A stretch of 61,954 nt of DNA, the filler included, from Globobulimina sp. (Eukaryota): NCBI GenBank assembly GCA_003354225.1. It is 27 parts of 27 records of this genome, joined end to end, with 100 filler letters (N's around TTAATTAATTAA, not from the genome) between each part and the next. Parts side by side here need not be neighbours in the genome. Positions count along the whole stretch, not along the records: positions 11,504 to 13,702 come from PIVH01008238.1; positions 13,803 to 16,001 come from PIVH01008239.1; positions 16,102 to 18,300 come from PIVH01008240.1; positions 18,401 to 20,599 come from PIVH01008241.1; positions 20,700 to 22,897 come from PIVH01008242.1; 22 more parts are not named here. One strand, given 5' to 3'. Positions 12,588 through 22,997 of this stretch are shown one piece after another (the stretch's first letter is position 1; each line of letters begins with the position of its first letter). The translations under genes and the position numbers were made by a program. The notes beneath the pieces were generated by a model. It saw only the letters and a program-made list of their open reading frames with translations. It was not told the origin of the DNA and did not search any database.

Positions 12588-12816
12588 TAGAGTTTTCCTA
12601 TTTGACCTTGATTTTGCTCATGATCAACTTTTTTTTAATCATTTGTGAATTGTTAGAGAAAAAGCTTAAGTAAATGTTTGTCTCATCTTCTCGTCTCTAT
12701 TAGAAACTGTAAATAAGGATTAGACGAACATTTACTTAAGCTTTTTCTCTAACAATTCACAAATGATTAAAAAAAGTTGATCATGAGCAAAATCAAGGTC
12801 AAATAGGAAAACTCTA
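12588..12816. mobile_element. MITE-like fold-back element with about 95-bp TIRs and TA flanks
   Basis: GAGTTTTCCTATTTGACC...GTTTGTCT (12590 to about 12683) is the near-perfect reverse complement of about 12722-12814. TA on both sides; non-coding. Confidence 0.85.
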
Positions 12817-12829
12817 ATTATACTGTATT

Positions 12830-13702
12830 TTAAGTATGCAATAAGAATTCAGATTCATCACACAAGTCTTGATCGAATACAAACGGTACTTTAATAATAG
12901 ATTGTGTAAATCCTTCAATACATTGTGGTTTATTAAATTCTTTATCGTATTTTTTATATACAAAAACTGGGATTTTTTTAATTGACTCTTGATTCGTTCT
13001 CCATCGCATTACATTCAGATGATGCGCCAATGTGCGATCACATTCAATCCAAACACATCCAACATTAATTTTCCAATCTAAATTTTGCGCAATTTGAATA
13101 AATCGTTTCCTTGCCATTTTTGATGGATTTGTATTGTCAATCACCACCGAATATTTTTGTTGTAGATATTTTTTACATTCAGATTGACATTTTTCCATTG
13201 AACCCAATGTATCACAATTAATAGGTTTATAATTATGTCCATAAAAAAAGCGTTTATACAAAGTTGTTTTCCCACTGCCTGGATATCCGACAAATATCAT
13301 CATTTCTTGTCTACCATTATTAATATTTACTAACTCTGTTGGATATTTATTATTTTTTGCAGTTTTCAACATATTTTCTAAATTCATTAACCGATATTTT
13401 TCACATTTTGCCGAATTTAAAAAGAATTCTTCCGGTGTAAAAAATGACAATTTACAATTTGCAGCAAATGCCCGATCCGAGCTAGAAAAATCAGCATTGC
13501 CCGTTCTACCATTTTTCCATCCTTTCGGTCGACCGGCGGCGTCACCGACGAATAGCATATGTTTTAATTGCTGTTTATGGCACATATTTATATATTTATT
13601 GAAGTATTCAAACATTCCACAATGTGGTTTCCTATAAATATCATCATTTAATGCTGCAATGTAACAAAATGGTATTACTTTCTTATTACGTCCGGTAATT
13701 GT
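12830..13702 (-). CDS. PNKP: Bifunctional polynucleotide kinase 3'-phosphatase, 5'-truncated
   Basis: YRKPHCGMF, FVGDAAGR, DFSSSDRAFAAN...FFTPEEFF (phosphatase); GYPGSGKTT and SVVIDNTNP (kinase). Confidence 0.93.
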   Translation of the reverse strand, partial: TITGRNKKVIPFCYIAALNDDIYRKPHCGMFEYFNKYINMCHKQQLKHMLFVGDAAGRPKGWKNGRTGNADFSSSDRAFAANCKLSFFTPEEFFLNSAKCEKYRLMNLENMLKTAKNNKYPTELVNINNGRQEMMIFVGYPGSGKTTLYKRFFYGHNYKPINCDTLGSMEKCQSECKKYLQQKYSVVIDNTNPSKMARKRFIQIAQNLDWKINVGCVWIECDRTLAHHLNVMRWRTNQESIKKIPVFVYKKYDKEFNKPQCIEGFTQSIIKVPFVFDQDLCDESEFLLHT

Positions 13703-13848
13703 NNNNNNNNNNNNNNNNNNNNNNNNNNNNNNNNNNNNNNNNNNNNTTAATTAATTAANNNNNNNNNNNNNNNNNNNNNNNNNNNNNNNNNNNNNNNNNN
13801 NNAACCCTTAGCAACCAACTCAAAAAACAAGTGTTTCACAATAAAAGG

Positions 13849-15480
13849 TTATAACAAATCATTGGTTTTAGTTAATTTTCTGATTTGGTCCTTTAGCCAT
13901 TCATATTTCTGTTTCAATTCATCTCTTTTTTGTGTAATTGATCTTAAATTCGATTGTTCAAATTTTATAGCTTTGGTCAATGTATACATCTCTTTTTGTG
14001 TTTTATTTATGATTTCATTCAAACTGTTATCAACTGCTTCATTTTCCAAATTATCCATTTTTGCTAAGAATTTTGCATTATTTTTATCTTCTTCCTCTTG
14101 TAATTGTTGTGGTATTGTTTTTAATTGATTTAAATCCTTTTGTTTTATTATAATTTGTTCCTTTAAAAATTTGATTGTATTTAAATCTGAGTTTTGTTGT
14201 AACTCCATTTCTTTCACATCCTTATCAAAAATATTTATCTCTTTCTGCAATTCTTTACTGCTGATTTGATAGCCTTTTTGTGTACTTTTATCAGACTCGC
14301 ATCGACTTTTTAGCCTTTCACATTTCTCTTTAATCCGCGCCAATCTTTGATGGTTTCCTAAAATAACATCACAAATTGAAAATTCTTTCGCAAATTGTTT
14401 CTGCCCTTCAATGGGGTGAATGGTCACTCTTTTTTTGGCTTTATCATGGCTGATTGTTTGGGGCGTTTCCATATTTTTATCTGAATAACCTGTACATGCA
14501 AAAATGTCAAACACTCAAAGTTGCCATTTAACTTAAAAAGTTTTCTCATCAAAAAAAACCATGGCAAATCATGGCAGCTTGACTCCTTTGCACTATGCTA
14601 TTTATATACAACCATGACATCGCATTGTGTTTTGATGAGAAATTTCCAGAAAAAAAACAAGATTTAGATTGCATATTTGCATACCAACAATTTCAACTTG
14701 ATACATATTATTTTTTTGTGTCTCAATGGAGAGAGAAAATCTTCTGAACCGGGGATAATATAATTTTTCAGCGTCGTTGGAATTTGTAGATCCAGATGCT
14801 TCAGAATAGGAATTTAGTCTCGATCTAGTATTCATATTATTGATTATATTAAGATTATGTGTGATGGATTCAATATTTTTATTGCTGATAATCCAGCCGT
14901 TCCAATGATGGATAGCATCGTACCAAGACATTGAAACACGTTCCAATTTAAATATATTTGCAATGTCAATAAATGATAAAATTAACGAGAATATGTTTGA
15001 TGAAAATATGATTTCTTTTCCTTGGCACTTTGAGACACCGATTAAAACGTCATATTCTTCAATATGTGTCAACGATTCTTGTTTGATTTTATTATTTAAC
15101 AAATCATATTTATTTCGTAATTTATTCACTTCGGTCTCAAATACAAAAGTTTTCTGTTCTTCCAAGGATTGTTTAACTGAAATGGTCTCTAATTCTAAAT
15201 TAAATTCTTGTAATGAGGACTGAAAGGATTGAGTCTCTGATTCAAAATGGCTTATATCTGACAATAACATTGTTTCCCATAAATTATATTCATGCAATTC
15301 GCGTCTTGTTTTGCAACAAAATTCATTATCTTTGGTGTCTAATATTGATTCAAATGAATTAATCAAATCTTGCATCTCTTCTAATTCGTCGATTTGTTTG
15401 ATAAATATATCATCCATCGTTGAGTCCAGGTTTGATAAATCAATGTCGTCCTCAAGTACAATATCCATTGACGACATCAT
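13849..15480 (-). CDS. Coiled-coil protein with a central F-box-like motif (two track ORFs, probably one spliced gene)
   Basis: IFSLILSFIDIANIFKLERVSMSWY is F-box-like. GT-AG introns near 14595-14684 and 14490-14562 can join the ORFs in frame; the model is unverified. Confidence 0.55.
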
Positions 15481-15538
15481 CGATTTTATCAAAGTTGAGT
15501 CAAAAATCGTATTTTATTTTAAAAAATTAAAAAGAATA

Positions 15539-16001
15539 ATGAAACAATCCAAACTGTTCAATAAATTCAATTTGAAGGACAGAATCAGTGCCAAACAATT
15601 CAAAGAATTTGAAAAAAGATATGAAACGTTTTCGGAAATTCCATTAATATCTGGTGGATTTATCGCAAATAATAAGGAAACTTCATTCAATACTGTTCAT
15701 ATTATTAAATCACAAAAAAATATTCGACAAAAATTAAACAGGAAATTTTTAGAAAGTTATGTTTGCGTTGATGATAATTCCGGATATCAACGTATTCCAT
15801 GGGTTTGGAATGTAAATCCAACATCAATTTGTGCATCGCCATCCGGCAATAAATTGGCAATCATAAATAAAATATGTGTTGATGATAAAAAAGATAAAAA
15901 TAATAAAAAATCAGTTATCGAAATCTATGATAATCAACAATTAATCCATACAATTTACCCGCCATCGTCATCCTTTGCAGATATTCATAAAATAGAGCCA
16001 T
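15539..16001 (+). CDS. Probable acylamino-acid-releasing enzyme (S9) N-terminal propeller, 3'-truncated
   Basis: SPSGNKLAII...SVIEIY resembles the APEH N-terminal domain; the catalytic domain is not present. Confidence 0.5.
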
Positions 16002-16101
16002 NNNNNNNNNNNNNNNNNNNNNNNNNNNNNNNNNNNNNNNNNNNNTTAATTAATTAANNNNNNNNNNNNNNNNNNNNNNNNNNNNNNNNNNNNNNNNNNN
16101 N

Positions 16102-16289
16102 TTTGTGGCTGGGGACTGATGTTAGAAAATGGCGTCCATTATAAGCAAGAGAGTTCGCTGTATGAGTATAATGATGAGGATGAGTTGGATAATAACAATG
16201 CATTTGGATTTACTGCGACTATTTATGACGATGATGAGGTGTCGAGTGATAATGATGATGTTAATGGTGCGTTTGGTGCATTTGGTGCA

Positions 16290-16322
<33 letters not shown>

Positions 16323-16400
16323 CATGAGAATGATAATGAGGAAAGTGAATGTGAAGAAGAAGAAGATGATGGAGCGAATGCATTTGGAACTGTTGATTGA
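16102..16400 (+). CDS. Acidic C-terminus of a truncated gene
   Basis: D/E-rich with GAF repeats and a (GAT)n tract; (ATTG)n follows the stop. Confidence 0.55.
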
Positions 16401-16748
16401 TTGATTGATTGATTGGACTTATTTTGTTGCGACAAATCCGAGTGTTTATACTTTTTTTTATTTGTTTGTAATATTTATATACTGTTTCGCATATTTTATT
16501 TTGGAGCTTCTTTTTGTGTTTGTAATTTTTTTGTTTATTGTCCAAAAGCAACAATATTGACTGGATTGTGTAATCCTAATCAAAGTGCTTGAAAAAAGCT
16601 TAACAAAAACCTTTTTTTCAATGTTCGCATCTTGTTTGGCCATCGCAGCCGATTGCATATAAAGATAGATTGGATTGATTGGATTTAACTTATAATAATT
16701 AAATGGTATTAATGGATTGGATTCAGTCGGAGTTGGATATGATGGATT

Positions 16749-18300
16749 TTGAACTGGATACTGCGTTTGGACCACGATGACCGCGAAGGACAGTCCATTT
16801 GGGGCATCCAGAATATCCGCGAGAACAATGAGTATTACATTGGCATTTCCACATCGTACGCCCCGCCCAATAACACTTGGGAATGCATTGACGACGTCGG
16901 CGAGAATCCGGCGCCCGGACTGCAGTTCATTGCCGTGGACGATAATGTTATGAAGAAGTTGGTGCCGGATGGGCCTAAAATTCGCGCGAATATATTTACT
17001 GCCACGAAGCGGAAAAGAAAGGCCAAATATGACCATGTCGGGCATGAAGTGGACGAGGATATGGAAGCTGACTATGATCATAAGTTTGGCGATGAAGTGG
17101 ACGATGATATGCTGCTTGGTTTGGACTCATTTAAGTTGGAGATTATAGAACAGCGGCAAACGCAAAGTGGTGATGGTAATATGCAGAAAACGCCGGATAG
17201 CATGATATTTGCTGATATTTCTGCGAGCAATTTAGCCAAACACGCCGCTATGATGAGTGGTGGTGGTGGTGGTGCGGTGCCGTATAGTTTTAATCGGAGT
17301 GACAGCATAATGAGCACAAAGAGTGTGTATGCCATTCCTGACGAAGTGACCAACGCATTGGGCCAATATCAGAGACAAATTCAGGATTTGGAGAAGGAAT
17401 TACGTGTGGAAAGGAAGCGAGCGTTGACGTTGAGCCATCAACACGAGACACAGCAAAGTGTATTGAAGCAACATGAGGAAAAGAACAGCATTGAAAAGGA
17501 AAGCTATGTGAAGAAAATAGAAGATTTCCGCGATGAATTATATACCGTAAACCACGCATATTATGAATTGTGGATCAAACAAGGTTTGTGTTGTGATTTT
17601 GTGTCGAAAATACTAAATATTTGCCTGTTTGTTGCAGCTGATACGAAGTTGGAATACACCAAAGTGTCAAAAGAGAGTCACAAGACAAGTGCGAGATTTT
17701 CGCAGACAAAGAAACAATTATTTCAGGCCAAGCGAAAGATTGATGACTTACAGGAAGATATCGACCAATTACAGCAAGAATTGGATGCTGCAAAAGTGCA
17801 AAATATAAACAACAGCAAAGAAGAGGACTTGTTCAGTATAGAAAGCATTGAAAATAACTTAGATTACAAGATCATTGAACTAAACACAGACATTGGTTCC
17901 TTGAAAGCACAGCTCGCGGCTCGCGACATTGAAATCGATGAATTGAATATGGATAATGATAAATGGCAGGAAGCGCACGACAGCATTTTCGAGCGGATGA
18001 CGGAGGCTCAGACGCGGTTAGCGAGCGAGATTGAGGAGTTTGAATATGCGAAGAGGTATTATGAGAATAAGTTGTCTATTTTGCGCGACACCGTACAGGA
18101 TAATTCTATTAACTTTTGGCAATATGAGAAGCGGCTGAATGAGATTGGCAAACTGTATGAGACAGATTGCGGGAAACGATTAGCGGAATGGAAGAATAAA
18201 CCGAATATAAAGTATGATTTGAATGGCGAAGCGAAGCGGGTTTCCATTACGTTTGCGGGTTTGAATAAAAACGAGAAACGGGATTCTATGATATCTATGA
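16749..18300 (+). CDS. Long coiled-coil protein, partial
   Basis: ORF of more than 500 codons with heptad pattern; likely in-frame intron 17584-17637; start unresolved. Confidence 0.7.
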
Positions 18301-18400
18301 NNNNNNNNNNNNNNNNNNNNNNNNNNNNNNNNNNNNNNNNNNNNTTAATTAATTAANNNNNNNNNNNNNNNNNNNNNNNNNNNNNNNNNNNNNNNNNNNN

Positions 18401-18948
18401 ATAGTATTCGAAACAGTGCCACATTGCATTTGATACTGCGGCTCCGTGGCGGTGGTGTGCAGGAAATGGGAATTGCGGCCGGAGGGAGAATGAAACAGAA
18501 AATCTATAAAGATAATCATCAAAATAGTGCTATGTATAATAAGAAAAAGGTGCAGAGAGTGTTTATTAACATTGCAAATTCGGACATGTGGCAATTGATA
18601 ACAAAGAGGAATATGCCGCCTTCGCCGTTGAATCCAGCAATGTATAAACTTTATGGTTATCCATGGTTTAAGCTATACGATGATGGATTGGATGATATTC
18701 GACAAAGTGATATATTGCAGAATGTGTTGTCAATCAATCAGATTGAGGATCAAGTTGAGAGTGTGGATGAAGCAGATAATTGGTTCTGTGCAAATTGTAC
18801 GTTTTCAAATGTTGCCAAAAATGTAAAATGTTGTATGTGTGGACAAAGTAAACCGGAATCAAAACAGAAAATGGATATTGATGAAAGTGATATTCATCCA
18901 ATACAACATCCTCAAAGTAAGACAGATGATAAAAATAAAAATAAATAA
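18401..18948 (+). CDS. Ubiquitin-like domain fused to a conserved EMGIAAGG domain and a RanBP2 zinc finger, 5'-truncated
   Basis: TLHLILRLRGG; EMGIAAGGRMKQKIYKD...YGYPWFKLYD; WFCANCTFSN...KCCMC. Confidence 0.85.
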
Positions 18949-19032
18949 TTTATCTGTCTCTTTTTAATCTAAAAGCAAAAACTCAATTAATTTCCAAAAA
19001 AACAAAACTTTGCAACTCTAACTTCGCCTGCC

Positions 19033-20562
19033 ATGTATTCAAAAGAAAATCATTACGATCTCGGAGTTTGCATGTTAATAATAATATCATTCGTAATGGG
19101 TTTATTTTCGTTAAATTGTATTATTACATTTTACAAATTATGGAAAAGGAATTTAAAAATAATAACAACTCGAAAGCCAAAGTCTTTGTTCATATTTGGT
19201 GTAATGAACACAATTTCGTTATTAGTACACGACCCATTAATAGCATTTTCATCAATATATCCAAGCTTTTATTCCGATTCGTATATTGTACAGAATATAA
19301 CCATGCAGACATTCGTTGTTGGTACTTTATACATATTATCATATCGTATGTGGTTGGTTTATTTTGATGTAAAATTTATTCAAGCATTGGAAGACGAAGA
19401 GTGGCAGACTCAGATCAATACAAAAACATTAAAAAAATCCTGGTTTATACAAAATCGTCAGAAATATGGTAAACCAAAGTTTGTTGCGGCGTTTCTATTC
19501 AGTATATGGTTGATTTGTGTTTGTTGTTCTACTCTAATGGTTATTTTGTATGGTCGCTCCATGCAAAGTTTAGTGTTTACACTCTGCGGCGTATTGTTAA
19601 ATCTCATTTCATTGTTGGTGTTATGTTGTAAAATGCCAACGTTTAATGATATTTATTATTTACGAGCGCATACGGAAAAAACGAGCAGATATTCAGCGTT
19701 GTTTCTAGCTTTTGTATTTGTGTTCGCATTTGTATTAAAAGCGGGCCCTGGAGAATGGGGGTGGTTATTAGGCAAATTATTCAATGGATTGTTTTTATTC
19801 ACAATGGTTATTGGCTCATTTTATTTTTTAAAAACTTTTAGATTGCCAATTTTCTATTGTTTGGTTCCTAAATCTTTAGTTTCACTCGTTTTGGCTGAAA
19901 ACATGAAAGCGACCGAAGGAACTATGAAAGCAGACACAGTTCGTCCGCAATTGTCAGATATTTTAAAAGGGGCAGAATATTTCAGATTGTTCGCAAAACA
20001 GTTAACCAAAGAATTTGCGATTGAGAACTTGTTATTTTTTATTGAAACGCAGCAATTTATACAATATGTTAGTAACCAAATCCAAATCCAATTACCTGTC
20101 GCCGGACAATCAGCGGATCAAATTAATGATGGCCATGCAGCATATGGTACATTGGCAGATTTTAATCATATTATTTGCGCACAAAATGTTCCACAATCGA
20201 CCATTGTTAAAGATTTAGCGGATAATGATTCGAATGAAAATATTAAATATATTATTGGTGCAATTAATTTATTTTTTAAATATGTTGAACATGATTCTTA
20301 TTTTCAAATAAATATATCATATGAAACCAGAGAGACTTTAGAGAATAAATTGGGATATTTGAGGGGTAATAAAAATAATGTTAATGAGATGAAAGATTTT
20401 ATGGTTAAAAATAATATGACATTAAAGAAGATTTATTATATTTTTGACGAGGCGCGAATGGAAATATTAAGGTTATTAATTGGAACACTTTCCAGATTTG
20501 AACCCTCCCAATCTCTACAATTACGTATCCAAAAGACTTTAAGTGCCACAGAATCTGTGTAA
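19033..20562 (+). CDS. 7TM-RGS protein (RGS1-like architecture)
   Basis: About seven TM helices followed by an RGS box: LSDIL...FRLFAKQLTKEFAIENLLFF...KYV...FQINISYETR...IFDEARMEILRLL. Confidence 0.9.
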   Translation: MYSKENHYDLGVCMLIIISFVMGLFSLNCIITFYKLWKRNLKIITTRKPKSLFIFGVMNTISLLVHDPLIAFSSIYPSFYSDSYIVQNITMQTFVVGTLYILSYRMWLVYFDVKFIQALEDEEWQTQINTKTLKKSWFIQNRQKYGKPKFVAAFLFSIWLICVCCSTLMVILYGRSMQSLVFTLCGVLLNLISLLVLCCKMPTFNDIYYLRAHTEKTSRYSALFLAFVFVFAFVLKAGPGEWGWLLGKLFNGLFLFTMVIGSFYFLKTFRLPIFYCLVPKSLVSLVLAENMKATEGTMKADTVRPQLSDILKGAEYFRLFAKQLTKEFAIENLLFFIETQQFIQYVSNQIQIQLPVAGQSADQINDGHAAYGTLADFNHIICAQNVPQSTIVKDLADNDSNENIKYIIGAINLFFKYVEHDSYFQINISYETRETLENKLGYLRGNKNNVNEMKDFMVKNNMTLKKIYYIFDEARMEILRLLIGTLSRFEPSQSLQLRIQKTLSATESV

Positions 20563-20699
20563 ACCTTTTTTGTTAGGCATGTTCGTGTGATTTCGTGTGN
20601 NNNNNNNNNNNNNNNNNNNNNNNNNNNNNNNNNNNNNNNNNNNTTAATTAATTAANNNNNNNNNNNNNNNNNNNNNNNNNNNNNNNNNNNNNNNNNNNN

Positions 20700-21200
20700 A
20701 AAGAAAAAAGTATTTTATTTGCTTCATTAACATATGAAACAAATAACCAATCAAGACATGTTGATACTGACTCGTTGGTGGATTTGACTGCGATGATTAT
20801 AAATTTGTTATTATATTTGGTTGGAAAAACAACAAAAAACTTTAACTGTTTGTTTCATTCTTTGGCGAATTGCATAGAAATAATATATGATTCGACAAAT
20901 GATGTTTATGAAATTGTACAAGAGTCGAATGATAAAAAGTTGAAACATATATGTTTGGGAAACAAAGATTTATTATGTAGAGGATCAAACGGGAGTTGTG
21001 ATTTAAAAGTGTATCCGCTTTCAAATACTATTTTTTCTCGAAAAGGTGTAACAGTTTTGGGACACAAAGCAGATAATATTTGTGGCTTGTGTGTTGTAGC
21101 ACAGTTACGAGTACAGACAATATCAACAGTTTTGAAAAACTGGAAAAAGATTGAAGCAGCCTTAAAAAAAAGTTATAAAAAAAATAATATGATTTTGTAA
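20700..21200 (+). CDS. Hypothetical protein, 5'-truncated, intronless
   Basis: Frame open from the contig start to TAA at 21200; upstream neighbour of the primase. Confidence 0.5.
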   Translation, partial: KEKSILFASLTYETNNQSRHVDTDSLVDLTAMIINLLLYLVGKTTKNFNCLFHSLANCIEIIYDSTNDVYEIVQESNDKKLKHICLGNKDLLCRGSNGSCDLKVYPLSNTIFSRKGVTVLGHKADNICGLCVVAQLRVQTISTVLKNWKKIEAALKKSYKKNNMIL

Positions 21201-21479
21201 TTTATTTTTGCCAAACTTGCTATATTTTTTTTTTATATAAACTGACAACAGTCAAGTAGTTTGCAAACTAAAAAAAATATTTTTATGATATCGAAAAGAA
21301 AAACACTATACACGCTTAAACTCAGAGTCAGTGGAATGAGTGATTTGACCATATTACTGAGGTTCAATTCCTCTTCATTCTATTTAGTTTATAATTTTGG
21401 TTTATGATATCATAATTAAATGTATATGATGTCAAAAAAATAGCCAAAAAACATATATCAATAGCATTCATTTCGCGTC

Positions 21480-22897
21480 ATGTTTTCAACGAGTAGACAT
21501 TTTGAGAAATTTAGATCACGAAAAGGTGAAATGTACACATGTACAGCTATGGACAGAGGAGTATTCAAATTCGACGATTTAAATCAAGCATTCGAAATAT
21601 TGAGCCAGCTAAAAAATAAAAATATTTTAAATGTCGGTTTAGTCCCTTTTTCAAGAACAACAAAAACCTTATTATTTTTAGATTTAGATAAAATTGGGAG
21701 TTGTGCTTAATTACGTTCAGGCACATTTTAATAAAGATTATTGGCCTCATTTGTTATTAAAAAATAAAAAATATTTAAAATATCATATATATTTCCCATC
21801 AATTATAATTTCCAAACATAATTTAGGTATTCTGACAAAAATATTAAATAAACAAATGATATCCGTTCAAAATCAGTTTTTAACTGGTAACCAGGTTGAA
21901 AAAGAAATATTTGATGAGTCGTTACAATCACCAAAAGGTACATTATTACGATATGAAGGTTTTAATAAATTTCGTACTGACTTGAACCAATATGAAGAGA
22001 ATACATTTTATGAAATAATATTTCCGGAAAATAAATCATTTGATAAAGGTTTCTATAGAGAGACGAATCTACTCATTGATGAATCAGTAGCAACTACAGA
22101 TTCATTATTACCATTTAGTATGTACACGAAAGATTCACCATCATTTACAAATTTTAAAAATAAAAATAGAAATAAAAATAGAAATAAAAATAATACTGAG
22201 ATTGATGATGATGATATTGAAAATAAAAGTATGGATCTTGATTCGTCAATTGAAATGGAAGTTAGTGAAGAAAAAAATGAAGTACAAAATGAAGAACCAA
22301 ATGAAGATTTAGAAACAGAATTAATGCGAAGATATCCTGATTTAATGAATTTTATGGCTAGATATCCAGTTAGAGAAAACGGTATTAGCGAAACTGATGA
22401 ATGCATTATATTCGACTTTGATAAAAGTTGTAAAGGTAAATTCTGTAAAAATATAAATGATGCACATACAAGCGGTAACTCTTATGCTGTGTATTTTAAA
22501 GAGAATGGTAAATTATTTCAAAAATGTCATAAAGAATCATGTTCAATGTATGCATTTTTAATATGGAAAGAAACGGATGAAAATGATTTTGATGTTGATG
22601 ACGACGATATTATTCCAACAACAAATGATGATTATTGTGAGAAGTTTGAAACAATATTTGGTGAAGTATGGATGTGTTTAGTTGACGATGCAGGAAGATT
22701 TAATTTTTTCCATCACAATGGTACAGTTTGGGATCATGATAAACATTTATTATCACTTCAAAAAACAATAGCAAATGAGTTTCAAAATTCATTAGTTTCT
22801 GAATTAAGGTTAAAAGTAAACAAAGGAGAGATTACAGAAAAAAAATTTAGATCATGTAAAGCATCAACTAAAAGAGCTACTGGAAATAAATGTAGTA
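21480..22897 (+). CDS. Virus-like AEP primase with Zn-finger and start of a D5-like N domain; frame break near 21690; 3'-truncated
   Basis: LLFLDLD (motif I), KYHIYFPSI (motif II), IFDESL (motif III), C..H..C..C cluster (FCKNINDAHTSGN...QKCHKESC) and FFHHNGTVW. Confidence 0.7.
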
Positions 22898-22997
22898 NNN
22901 NNNNNNNNNNNNNNNNNNNNNNNNNNNNNNNNNNNNNNNNNTTAATTAATTAANNNNNNNNNNNNNNNNNNNNNNNNNNNNNNNNNNNNNNNNNNNN

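Noticed and set aside
14490..14528. Possible 25-nt intron giving ORF 13849-14514 its own ATG
   Set aside because: An equally valid model splices this ORF to the upstream one; it cannot be decided without RNA data.
16122..16554. Poly-Ile, poly-Met and poly-His ORFs
   Set aside because: Alternate frames of the (GAT)n poly-Asp tract.
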